DNA of 64,000 nt, taken from Chitinophagales bacterium. GTDB lineage: Bacteria > Bacteroidota > Bacteroidia > Chitinophagales > CAVYQA01. Each line of letters opens with the position of its first letter. Position 1 is the first letter of the stretch. Location of the stretch: positions 16,955-80,954 of the forward strand of contig CAVYQA010000002.1 of the NCBI GenBank assembly GCA_963770495.1, in the 5' to 3' direction. The notes under the pieces were generated by a model that saw only the letters and a list, made by a program, of their open reading frames with translations, did no database searches and was not told the origin of the DNA. The position numbers and the translations under genes were made by a program. This document shows positions 46,410 through 56,186 of the stretch, piece after piece.

Positions 46410-49243
46410 ATGACCATTAAAATGCCTTATCAAATATACGCTAAAGAAAGTCAAAATACAAATTTTTCTGATACAAAAGGAAATATTTTTATAAAAGGCG
46501 CACGGGTGCACAATCTTAAGAATGTGGACGTTGTCCTGCCCGGAATAAAATGATAGTGATTACGGGGGTGTCCGGCTCAGGAAAATCGTCATTAACCATT
46601 GATACTCTGTACGCTGAGGGGCAGCGCAGGTATGTGGAAAGCCTGTCATCCTATGCCCGCCAGTTCCTTATTCGTATGGATAAGCCCGATGTGGACTATA
46701 TTAAGGGATTATGCCCGGCTATAGCCATTGAACAACGGGTGGCTACCCGAACAGTGCGCTCAACCGTTGGTTCTATGACCGAGATATACGATTACCTGCG
46801 CCTTCTATATGCCAGAATCGGCAGGACGATTTCCCCGGTTTCAGGTAAAGAGGTGAAAAAGGATGAAGTGCGCGACGTGGTGGATGCCATTAATGAATTT
46901 GCTAATGGCACTGTCATTCAAATACTCATTCCGTTTACAATATACCATAACCGCAAGGTGAGCGAGGAACTTGGTATTCTTATGCAAAAGGGATTTTCAC
47001 GGGTTATTTATAATAACACTATGCTGAAAATTGAAGAACTGGTTGAAGATGCAGCAATAAAAAAGAATAAAGTAAAGCCTTCGGAATTGAAGGTGCTTAT
47101 TGACCGTATAGTGGTAAATAAAAAAGACCCCGATTTTCAGCCAAGAACGGCGGATTCCGTTAACACTGCATTTGCAGAGAGTGAAGGTATTTGTCTTATA
47201 GATGTAAATAAAAAGGAACTAAAATTTTCGAATCGCTTTGAGGCGGACGGAATACAATTTGAAAACCCTACTGCGCAATTCTTTAGTTTTAATAATCCTT
47301 ACGGGGCTTGCAAAACCTGCGAGGGTTTTGGCTCGGTAATAGGCATTGATGAAGATTTGGTTGTGCCCGATAAAAACCTGTCAATATATGAAGGCGCCAT
47401 TGCCTGTTGGCGCGGCGATAAAATGAGGGAGTGGAATGAAGCTCTTATTAAAAGCGCTTTAAAATTCGATTTCCCGGTTCATCGCCCTTATGCCGATTTA
47501 ACGGCTGAAGAGAAGGCGCTACTATGGAGCGGCAATAAATATTTCAGCGGGCTGGATGAGTTTTTCAGATTCCTGGAATCGCAAACTTATAAAATACAAT
47601 ACCGGGTAATGTTATCGCGCTATCGTGGCAGAACAGACTGCCCCGAATGTCATGGAACACGGCTGCGCAAAGATGTATCCTATGTAAAAATCAATAAGAA
47701 ATCCATTACCGATTTAGTGACGATGCCCATCAGCGATTTGAAAGATTTTTTTGATGGAATTGTTTTAAGCGAATTTGAAAAAAAAGTGGCTAAACGCATT
47801 TTACTTGAAATAAATGTTCGTATCCGCTTTATGTGCGACGTGGGTTTAAGTTATCTTTCGCTCAACCGCCTGAGCAGCACCTTATCGGGCGGTGAAACGC
47901 AACGTATTCAGCTTACACGCACATTAGGCAGCAACCTGACTAACTCGCTTTATATATTGGATGAGCCGAGTGTGGGATTGCACCCGCGGGATACCAAGCG
48001 TCTTATTAAAGTACTGCACCAGTTAAGAGATTTAAAAAACACAGTGGTTGTTGTGGAACATGATGAAGAAATGATGCGCCATGCCGACCATATTATTGAT
48101 ATGGGACCGCTTGCCGGGGTGCATGGCGGCGAGGTGATTTTTTCGGGCGATTTTCAGGCGTTATTAGAAGATAAAGATACCCTTACGGGAAAATACCTGA
48201 ATAACATCGAAAAAATTGATGTGCCCGCTCACAGGCGCAAATGGAACAAATTTGTAGAGGTGGTTGGCGCCACAGAAAATAACCTGAAAAATATTAATGT
48301 AAAATTTCCTATGAATGTGCTTACGGTGGTTACCGGTGTGAGCGGCTCAGGCAAAACATCATTGGTTAAAAAAATTCTTTACCCCGCTTTGCAAAAAGCG
48401 CTCGGCGCATTTGGTGAAAAGCCCGGTAAGCTCCGCGACCTGAAAGGAAATATTAAACAAATTGCACAGGTGGAAATGGTTGACCAAAACCCGCTGGGAA
48501 AAACATCCCGCTCTAACCCTGTTACCTATATTAAAGCCTACGATGAAATACGCGACCTGTTTGCTAACCAGCAATTGTCAGCCATACGCGGCTATAAGCC
48601 GCGGCATTTTTCATTTAATGTTGAGGGAGGCAGATGCGAAACCTGTAAAGGTGAAGGTGAAATTTTGGTTGAAATGCAATTTTTAGCCGATGTGCATTTA
48701 GTGTGTGAAGAATGTCACGGCAAACGGTTTAAAGATGAAGTGCTTGAGGTGACTTATAAAGACAAGAACATTGCCGAAATTTTAAACATGACGGTTGATG
48801 AAGCGCTTGAATTTTTCAAAGGAGAAAAAACCATTCACGAGAAATTAAAGCCTTTAGCTGATGTAGGATTAGGCTATGTTCAATTGGGGCAAAGTTCTTC
48901 CACCCTATCAGGTGGTGAAGCGCAGCGTGTTAAGCTGGCATCGTTTCTTGGCAAAGGAAATATTAACCTGCCTGTATTCTTCATATTTGATGAGCCGACA
49001 ACAGGCTTGCATTTTCACGACATAAAAAAATTGCTGAAAGCATTTAATGCCCTTATTGAAAACGGGCACACTGTTTTGGTGATTGAACATAATCCTGATG
49101 TAATAAAATCTGCCGACCATGTTATTGACCTGGGTCCTGAAGGCGGGGAAGAAGGTGGCTATGTTCTGTATACCGGAACGCCGGAAGGATTGGTGGAGGT
49201 GAAGGAGAGTTATACAGGGAAGTTCCTTAAAGGGAAATTGTGA
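46410..49243 (+). CDS. uvrA: excinuclease ABC subunit A (UvrA), frame interrupted by an apparent 1-nt deletion near 46544-46550
   Basis: Frame from 46410 gives ...FIKGARVHNLKNVDVVLPGIK*, and the frame from 46550 continues MIVITGVSGSGKSSL.... Two ABC modules and zinc-finger CxxC pairs are present. Confidence 0.9.
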
Positions 49244-49273
49244 CACGGGATGTGAGACATGCGACATGAGATG

Positions 49274-49300
49274 AAAGTCCCCTTTAGGGGATTTAGGGGT
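49274..49300 (-). repeat. 27-nt hairpin repeat family copy (reverse orientation)
   Basis: aaagtcccctttaggggatttaggggt. Confidence 0.7.
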
Positions 49301-49366
49301 TAAATGAACTAAATCTATGCTCTATAAGTTGTAACTTTGTAACTGAATTAACGTATAAAAGAATAT

Positions 49367-49693
49367 ATGATAACTGTATCTGAAAAAGCGAAAACACATT
49401 TAGGTGATTTAAAGACTCAACAGGGTTATGACGATAATTATTTTCTTCGTGTATCTGTTGTGGGCGGCGGTTGCAGCGGCTTATCGTATAAAATGGATTT
49501 TGATAAAGAAAACAAAAAAGACGACCAGGTTTTTGAAGATAAAGGCGTGAAAGTTGTAACCGACATGAAAAGTTTATTATACCTCGTGGGCACCGAGCTC
49601 GATTTCTCCGACGGGCTTAACGGAAAAGGATTTTATTTCAATAATCCTAATGCTTCCCGCACATGCAGTTGCGGTGAGAGTTTTGCGGTGTGA
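49367..49693 (+). CDS. erpA: iron-sulfur cluster insertion protein (IscA/ErpA/HesB family)
   Basis: FLRVSVVGGGCSG and C-terminal CSCGESF cysteine motif. Confidence 0.9.
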   Translation: MITVSEKAKTHLGDLKTQQGYDDNYFLRVSVVGGGCSGLSYKMDFDKENKKDDQVFEDKGVKVVTDMKSLLYLVGTELDFSDGLNGKGFYFNNPNASRTCSCGESFAV

Positions 49694-49721
49694 CACCCCT
49701 AAATCCCCTAAAGGGGACTTT
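49694..49721 (+). repeat. 27-nt hairpin repeat family copy
   Basis: cacccctaaatcccctaaaggggacttt starts immediately after the erpA stop. Confidence 0.7.
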
Positions 49722-49764
49722 TAAAATATAATTTCCTTATTAAGATATTCGTTATAGTATTTAT

Positions 49765-50439
49765 TTGCATATAATGACCCAAATAGGTTACACCACGTTA
49801 TTCCTATTAATGACTTTAAACTGCTTCGGGCAAAGTCATAAGGTTTGGTATGATACATCAATAATTTATTTGGGTAATAAATCTTATGCGTTTGTTAAAA
49901 AAAATATAGACCCCGATACAATTATTAAAACAGATTCATCAGGAGTTATAACGACGAAAATTGTCAATTATGATATGGGATGGGTGCCAGCTGATTCCAC
50001 ATTTAAAAGAACAGATATTTTTGGTCATTATCCTCCGGATGAATCCTGGGCTGAGATAGATTCTGCATTTAATATTACACCACATACTCTCTATAAACAC
50101 GAAAATATTTATTACCCAAAAATCCAATCTGCCTATATAGTTGATAGCGTAAATGTAGACTCATTTAAAAGACTTTCTATCGATATACTTAATATGAGTT
50201 TAAAAGTTAATAAAAGCAAGGAAAATATAGGTGGATTCAAATTTATTATAGTCAAACCAGATAGCTCAGTTGATATATATAAGGCTGATACTATTAACTC
50301 TTATCTTCTTAATACCATTATAAAACACTTAAACCATTTGACTTACTTAATAATGATGCCGGATAACAATACATATGATTATTATGACAAAATGTTTTTT
50401 TCCATGGATGAAAATTGTATTGCATGGTATATAAAATAA
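49765..50439 (+). CDS. hypothetical secreted protein (start possibly at 49774)
   Basis: Signal-like MTQIGYTTLFLLMTLNCFGQ. AT-rich. No motif recognised. Confidence 0.45.
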   Translation: MHIMTQIGYTTLFLLMTLNCFGQSHKVWYDTSIIYLGNKSYAFVKKNIDPDTIIKTDSSGVITTKIVNYDMGWVPADSTFKRTDIFGHYPPDESWAEIDSAFNITPHTLYKHENIYYPKIQSAYIVDSVNVDSFKRLSIDILNMSLKVNKSKENIGGFKFIIVKPDSSVDIYKADTINSYLLNTIIKHLNHLTYLIMMPDNNTYDYYDKMFFSMDENCIAWYIK

Positions 50440-50567
50440 TGGATATTGAATTATTTTAATTGAAAAAATGTCTTATTACCACAGTGACACAGAGAAAATG
50501 ATAATTGATTATTGTTTATTGATAACTGATTATGAAATTCCTTACTTTCGTGCTAAAATAACTACTA

Positions 50568-51107
50568 ATGGAAACGAACTGGCTCGCCACAATTCTTGAG
50601 ATATTAAAGTATGTCATACCATCGGTGGTGGTATTTTTAACGGCTTATTTTGTGTTAAAGCTGTTTTTGAAAAACGAATATGAAAAAAAACAGCTTGATG
50701 TGCGCATCAGCAATTTTAAAGAATCGCTGCCTATACGCCTCCAGGCTTATGAGCGCCTGGCATTATTTTTAGAGCGCATCTCCCCCAATAATCTTATCCA
50801 TCGTGTAAATAAACCCGGTATGAATGCGCGCGACCTTCAACTGGCGCTTATTGCAAATGTACGTATGGAATATGAACACAACCTTGCCCAGCAAATATAT
50901 GTTACCGGGCAAACCTGGATGATTATTGTACAAACCAAAGAGGAAGTAGTAAGCATAATTAACCGTGTGGGCGCCGACTTACCCGAATCAGCATCAGGCA
51001 AAGATTTGAGCCGTGGCATCTTTCAATACTTTATTGATAACGAACAAAGCATCCCCACTCAAAAAGCTATTGATACGCTTAAAGCGGAAGTGAAAAAAAT
51101 ATTCTAA
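50568..51107 (+). CDS. hypothetical membrane-anchored protein
   Basis: N-terminal TM (YVIPSVVVFLTAYFVLKLF) followed by a helical soluble domain. Confidence 0.55.
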   Translation: METNWLATILEILKYVIPSVVVFLTAYFVLKLFLKNEYEKKQLDVRISNFKESLPIRLQAYERLALFLERISPNNLIHRVNKPGMNARDLQLALIANVRMEYEHNLAQQIYVTGQTWMIIVQTKEEVVSIINRVGADLPESASGKDLSRGIFQYFIDNEQSIPTQKAIDTLKAEVKKIF

Positions 51108-51181
51108 CCTCACCCTCATGCCCTCTACAAAAAAGAGAGAGGTACATGGTTTAATTATTAACAAAACGGAAGACAATACTT

Positions 51182-52744
51182 ATGAGTAAACCGGAATCAA
51201 AAAAATATTTTTCTGATTCGGGTATTGAAATAGATCGCATCTACCGGGAATGGAAAAATGCCAACAATAAAGACGCAGGGGAGTTTCCTTTTACTCGCGG
51301 CATTCATCCTTCCATGTATCGCGACAAATTGTGGACTATGCGCCAGTACGCGGGTTTTTCAACGGCGGAGGAATCGAATAAACGCTATAAATATCTTCTC
51401 TCCCAGGGCACCACCGGCTTATCGGTGGCTTTTGATTTGCCCACACAAATAGGCTATGACAGCGATGACCCCATGGCTGAAGGCGAAGTGGGCAAAGTGG
51501 GCGTGGCTATTGATTCCTTACAAGACATTGAAATTTTATTTGACGGCATTAAGCTGCAGGATATTTCCACCTCAATGACCATTAATGCCACGGCGTTCAT
51601 CCTTCTTGCTTTTTACATTGCATTGGCAAAAAAACAAAAGGCAGATTTGAAAAAAATATCGGGCACGGTGCAAAATGATATTTTAAAAGAATACGCCGCA
51701 CGGGGCACTTATATCTATCCGCCAAAACCGAGTATGGGCATTATAACTGATATATTTGATTACTGCGGGCGCGAGTTGCCAAGCTGGAATACTATCTCTG
51801 TTTCGGGCTACCACATACGCGAAGCCGGCTCAACTGCCGTGCAGGAATTGGCGTTTACGTTAAGCAACGCTAAAGCCTATCTTAAGGCAGCCTTAAGCCG
51901 CGGGTTAGATATAAATGTTTTCGCCAAGCGCATTTCATTCTTCTTTAACGCTCATAATAATTTATTTGAAGAAATAGCCAAGTTTCGTGCATCGCGAAGA
52001 ATTTGGGCTAAGATTACAAAAGAGTTAGGCGCCACCGACCCGCGAGCGCAAATGCTGCGCTTTCATGCACAAACGGGCGGTTCAACATTATTGGCGCAAC
52101 AACCGCTAAACAACATCAGCCGGGTGACCATACAGGCGCTTGCTGCCGTGTTGGGAGGTACGCAGTCGCTACATACTAATGGCTATGACGAAGCGATGTC
52201 ATTACCTACAGAACAAGCGGCAACCATTGCCTTGCGCACCCAGCAAATTATCGGCTTTGAAAGTGGTGTTACACAAACGGTTGACCCGTTAGGCGGTTCT
52301 TACTTTGTGGAAAACCTGACAGATGAAATGGAACGGCAGGCACTTGAACTTATAAACACTATAGACAATATGGGAGGCTCTGTTCAGGCTATTGAACAAC
52401 AATTTATGCAGAACGAAATCAGCCGGTCAGCTTATGAATACCAGCGGAATGTAGAGCAGAACAGAAAAATTATAGTAGGGTTAAATGCTTTTCAACAGGA
52501 GGAGGCGCCCCGGACAACTCTATTCAGAATTGACGACTCAATCCGTAAAGCTCAGATGGAAAAACTGGCATTGCTACGGGCAAAAAGAGATAGTGAATCT
52601 GTTAAAAAATCGTTAATGGATTTGAACGAATCGGCAGTAAATGGAAAAAATATTATGCCCGATACTATAACTGCTGTGGAAAACTATGTAACTTTAGGTG
52701 AGATTGCTAATGCGCTACGCAAGGTCTATGGCGAGTATCGTTAA
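51182..52744 (+). CDS. methylmalonyl-CoA mutase family, catalytic (substrate-binding TIM barrel) subunit
   Basis: [50 protein letters not shown] blocks. No C-terminal B12-binding domain is present in this ORF. Confidence 0.9.
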   Translation: MSKPESKKYFSDSGIEIDRIYREWKNANNKDAGEFPFTRGIHPSMYRDKLWTMRQYAGFSTAEESNKRYKYLLSQGTTGLSVAFDLPTQIGYDSDDPMAEGEVGKVGVAIDSLQDIEILFDGIKLQDISTSMTINATAFILLAFYIALAKKQKADLKKISGTVQNDILKEYAARGTYIYPPKPSMGIITDIFDYCGRELPSWNTISVSGYHIREAGSTAVQELAFTLSNAKAYLKAALSRGLDINVFAKRISFFFNAHNNLFEEIAKFRASRRIWAKITKELGATDPRAQMLRFHAQTGGSTLLAQQPLNNISRVTIQALAAVLGGTQSLHTNGYDEAMSLPTEQAATIALRTQQIIGFESGVTQTVDPLGGSYFVENLTDEMERQALELINTIDNMGGSVQAIEQQFMQNEISRSAYEYQRNVEQNRKIIVGLNAFQQEEAPRTTLFRIDDSIRKAQMEKLALLRAKRDSESVKKSLMDLNESAVNGKNIMPDTITAVENYVTLGEIANALRKVYGEYR

Positions 52745-53044
52745 TAACTGTTTTTTAGGTATCGCATTAACATTGACTTAACAAAAAATTAACATGATGA
52801 AAACAGCTACCAATCAACGTTTGACCACATTACGTAAAAATAAATTTAATTTTTTCGCAGGTGGAACACATGTTTACAAATTTTTATGAAAAAAAATAAT
52901 GTGGAAATGCCCAACTGTAATTTTTTTGAAATAACAAATAGAAAAAAATATTTTTTTACGAACAAGTTGTTTGCATCTTCGTCGCGTCATAAATAATATG
53001 ATAAATAGCATTAACTTACAGAACAATTAGTAAACATAATACGA

Positions 53045-54478
53045 ATGGCAAAAAATTACGAAGAGGTTTGGCAGTCCTGTTTAAAGATCATAAAGGACAA
53101 TGTTAACCTCCAGAGTTTTAAAACATGGTTTGAACCTATCAAGCCGGTAAAACTGGAAAGCAATGTACTCACCGTTCAGGTACCGAGCCAGTTTTTTTAT
53201 GAATGGATTGAAGAACATTACGTAACCCTTTTGCGCAAAACCGTAAAACGCGAGTTAGGTAATGATGCCCGCCTCGACTACAAAATAGTGATGGAAAACA
53301 GCAGTGGCGGTAAAGCACCTTTTACCGTTAATATCCCTACCTATAATACAAATACCAACAAAAACCCGGAGGTGGCGGCTCCTTTAATTTTAGGCACTAC
53401 TATAAAAAATCCGTTTGTTATACCGGGATTGAAAAAAGTGAATATTGATTCGCAGCTCAATCCAAATTACAGTTTTGAAAATTTTGTAGAAGGCGACTGC
53501 AACCGCCTGGCGCGTTCTGCCGGATTTGCAGTGAGCTCAAAACCGGGCGGCACCTCATTTAATCCTCTTGTAATTTATGGGGGCACAGGGTTGGGTAAAA
53601 CCCATCTTGCACAAGCTATCGGCAACCAGATAAAAATTAATTTCCCCACAAAAACAGTATTATATGTAACATCAGAAAAATTTACAAACCAGTTTATTGA
53701 TGCGCTTAAAACGAATTCCATAAACGACTTTGTTAATTTTTACCAGTTAGTGAATGTGCTGATACTGGACGACATACAATTCTTCGCCAACAAAGACAAA
53801 ACGCAAGACGTATTTTTCCACATTTTCAATCACCTGCACCAATCGGGCAAACAGCTTATCCTGACCTCCGACCGCTCACCGCGCGATTTGGAAGGCATGG
53901 AAGAACGCTTGCTATCACGATTCCGCTGGGGATTGAGCGCCGATTTGCAGGTGCCTGATTTTGAAACACGCATAGCTATTCTCGAAAAGAAAATGTACGC
54001 CGATGGTATTGAACTGCCGCGCGAAGTGGTCGAATTTGTAGCTTATAATATTACTACAAATGTGCGTGAGCTGGAAGGGGCATTAATATCATTGCTGGCA
54101 CAGGCATCGCTTAACAAGCGCGAGATAGATATTGATTTGGCGAAAAAAATCATCAAGAATTTCGTGAAGAGTTTTTCACGCGAAGTATCCATAGATTTTA
54201 TTCAGAAAACGGTTTGCGAATATTTTAGTGTCCCTTCTGACAAGCTACGCGAAAAAACCCGCAAGCGCGCTGTGGTACAGGCTCGCCAGCTTTCCATGTT
54301 CTTAGCCAAGCAGTTTACCAAAAACTCATTGAAAGTTATCGGCAAGCATTTTGGCGGGCGCGACCATAGCACGGTTATACACTCCTGCCAGGCAGTGCGC
54401 GACCTAATGGATACCGATAAAGAATTTAAGGATGCTGTGCAGGATTTGCAGAAAAAGATCCAGCTAAGCATTTCGTAG
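53045..54478 (+). CDS. dnaA: chromosomal replication initiator protein DnaA
   Basis: [10 protein letters not shown] Walker A, LILDDIQF Walker B, domain [18 protein letters not shown]. Confidence 0.95.
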   Translation: [477 protein letters not shown]

Positions 54479-54502
54479 GATAATCCTTGTTCTGGTTATA
54501 GA

Positions 54503-54548
54503 ACGGATGGCAGTTAATGCAATTTTATTAACTTTGTCATCCGTTTTT
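54503..54548 (+). terminator. compound hairpin plus T-run after dnaA
   Basis: acggatg (54503-54509) pairs with catccgt (54538-54544), with inner stem gttaat/attaac, followed by ttttt. Ends 8 nt before tRNA-Ser. Confidence 0.45.
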
Positions 54549-54555
54549 GATTTTT

Positions 54556-54645
54556 GGAGAGGTGCCTGAGTGGCCGAAAGGAGCGGTTTGCTAAACCGTC
54601 GTACGCCTTTAAAGCGTACCGGGAGTTCGAATCTCCCCCTCTCCG
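54556..54645 (+). tRNA. tRNA-Ser (anticodon GCU)
   Basis: Acceptor GGAGAGG/CCTCTCC, anticodon loop ttGCTaa, long variable arm gtacgc...gcgtac, T-arm gggagttcgaatctccc. Confidence 0.9.
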
Positions 54646-54646
54646 C

Positions 54647-54664
54647 GGTTGGGGTTTGGGTGTG
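54647..54664 (+). repeat. 18-bp arm of a perfect inverted repeat (GT-rich)
   Basis: ggttggggtttgggtgtg is the reverse complement of 55205-55222. Confidence 0.85.
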
Positions 54665-54694
54665 GTGGACGTGTGGGTGTGGTGGTTTAGATAA

Positions 54695-55069
54695 ATGTAT
54701 AAATATTTTTTGATGTTTGATTTTGAAAAATTGGAGGTTTACAAAATTGCCAGGGAAACAAACATTAAAGTACTTGAATTATTAGGAACCGATAAGAAAG
54801 TGGATTTAGATATTAAGAACCAGTGGAAAAGAGCCAGTATGAGTATGGTGCTCAATTTAGCTGAGGGTACAGGACGTATGACAGCATCTGATAAAAAACA
54901 TTTTTACACCATCTCTCGTGGCAGTGTATTTGAATGTGCGGCTATTTTAGATACCGTGCAGGGCATGAATTTAATCACTGATAAGCAATACCAGGAGTTT
55001 TATTCTAAGTATGAGCAAATCTCTAAAATGCTGCTTGGGATGTTTCGTAGCTTTAATAAGGAAACTTAA
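54695..55069 (+). CDS. four-helix-bundle protein (23S rRNA intervening-sequence protein family); start possibly at 54713
   Basis: FDFEKLEVYKIARE..., NLAEGTGR, TISRGSVFECAAIL are typical of the S23-IVS four-helix-bundle family. Confidence 0.85.
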   Translation: MYKYFLMFDFEKLEVYKIARETNIKVLELLGTDKKVDLDIKNQWKRASMSMVLNLAEGTGRMTASDKKHFYTISRGSVFECAAILDTVQGMNLITDKQYQEFYSKYEQISKMLLGMFRSFNKET

Positions 55070-55204
55070 TCGTATTTTCACACCCGCAAACATATTATAT
55101 AAACAAATTTCACACATCAATCACACTCACACACCAACCCAAACCTGATCATTCACACCTCCATCACCCACACCCAAACCCAATTGTTACACCTCAATCA
55201 CACT

Positions 55205-55222
55205 CACACCCAAACCCCAACC
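55205..55222 (+). repeat. 18-bp arm of a perfect inverted repeat (CA-rich)
   Basis: cacacccaaaccccaacc. It is preceded by two degenerate CA-rich copies (55116-55147, 55151-55186). Confidence 0.85.
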
Positions 55223-55227
55223 CAACC

Positions 55228-55302
55228 CGGGGTGTAGCGCAGCCCGGTTAGCGCGCCTGCTTTGGGAGCAGGATGTCGCAGGTTCGAATCCTGCCACCCC
55301 GA
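55228..55302 (+). tRNA. tRNA-Pro (anticodon UGG)
   Basis: Acceptor CGGGGTG/CACCCCG, anticodon stem cctgc/gcagg with loop ttTGGga, T-arm gcaggttcgaatcctgc. Confidence 0.9.
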
Positions 55303-55310
55303 CACAGTAG

Positions 55311-55340
55311 AAAATCCTTCGGCAAACCGAAGGATTTTTT
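55311..55340 (+). terminator. Rho-independent terminator after tRNA-Pro
   Basis: aaaatccttcgg caaa ccgaaggatttttt: 12-bp stem, 4-nt loop, T-run. Confidence 0.7.
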
Positions 55341-55404
55341 CATTTAGGTACACCTGAAAACCATTGCAACTGTTATATTTGCTAAAAGATTAAAATATAT
55401 TTCT

Positions 55405-56070
55405 ATGTCAATTAAAAAAGAAACACTTCAGTTTCTGAAAGAACTGGATAAAAACAACAACCGCGACTGGTTCAATAAAAACAAAGATAAATTTATTGCA
55501 GCCAATGAAAACTTCATTCAGTTTGTGCAATCGCTGATTGGGGAGGTGGCTAAATTTGATAAATCAATAACCGGGCTTGATGCAAAAGATTGCGTGTTCC
55601 GTATTTACAGGGATACCCGTTTTTCGAGAGACAAAACGCCCTATAAAACGCAATTTTCTGCTACACTGATGGGAAAGGGTGCCGGCTGTGGCGTTGCGGG
55701 TTATTATATACGCTTGCAACCTGGCAAAACGTTTTTGGCGGGCGGCTCTCACATGGCAGAGCCGCAAAACCTGAAAGCCATTCGTGAAGAAATTAGCGAG
55801 AATGGAAAAGAGTTTCTGAAAATTATTAATGATAAAACATTCAAAACTAATTTCTCCATTGAGGGCGAAAAACTGGTTAAAGTTCCGCAGGGCTTTGATA
55901 AAGAAGACTCCATGAGCGAATACCTGAAATATAAAGAGCTTATCATTCAACACACGGTTGATGATAAAACGGTGCTTTCAAATGATTTCACTTATTACTG
56001 CGGGAAAATATTTAAAACAATGGTTCCGTTTAACTCATTCGTAAATAAACCCGTGATGGCTCTTAATTAA
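55405..56070 (+). CDS. DUF2461 (TIGR02453) family protein
   Basis: FLKELDKNNNRDWFNKNKDKF... and RIYRDTRFSRDKTPYKT blocks. Confidence 0.85.
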   Translation: MSIKKETLQFLKELDKNNNRDWFNKNKDKFIAANENFIQFVQSLIGEVAKFDKSITGLDAKDCVFRIYRDTRFSRDKTPYKTQFSATLMGKGAGCGVAGYYIRLQPGKTFLAGGSHMAEPQNLKAIREEISENGKEFLKIINDKTFKTNFSIEGEKLVKVPQGFDKEDSMSEYLKYKELIIQHTVDDKTVLSNDFTYYCGKIFKTMVPFNSFVNKPVMALN

Positions 56071-56186
56071 AGATTCAAACACCTCCATGCCTCTATAATA
56101 TTAATCCCCGCCAAAATGAATATTTCGGGTAATATTCCATAATTTTATGCTCACTCTATTCCGTTATTTTAAAAAGTTCTTTAAGA

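Noticed and set aside
55081-55227. CA-rich and GT-rich tracts (also 54646-54694) as microsatellites or telomere-like repeats
   Set aside because: They are not simple tandem repeats. The two tracts are reverse complements of each other and are better explained as arms of the inverted repeat enclosing the four-helix-bundle gene.
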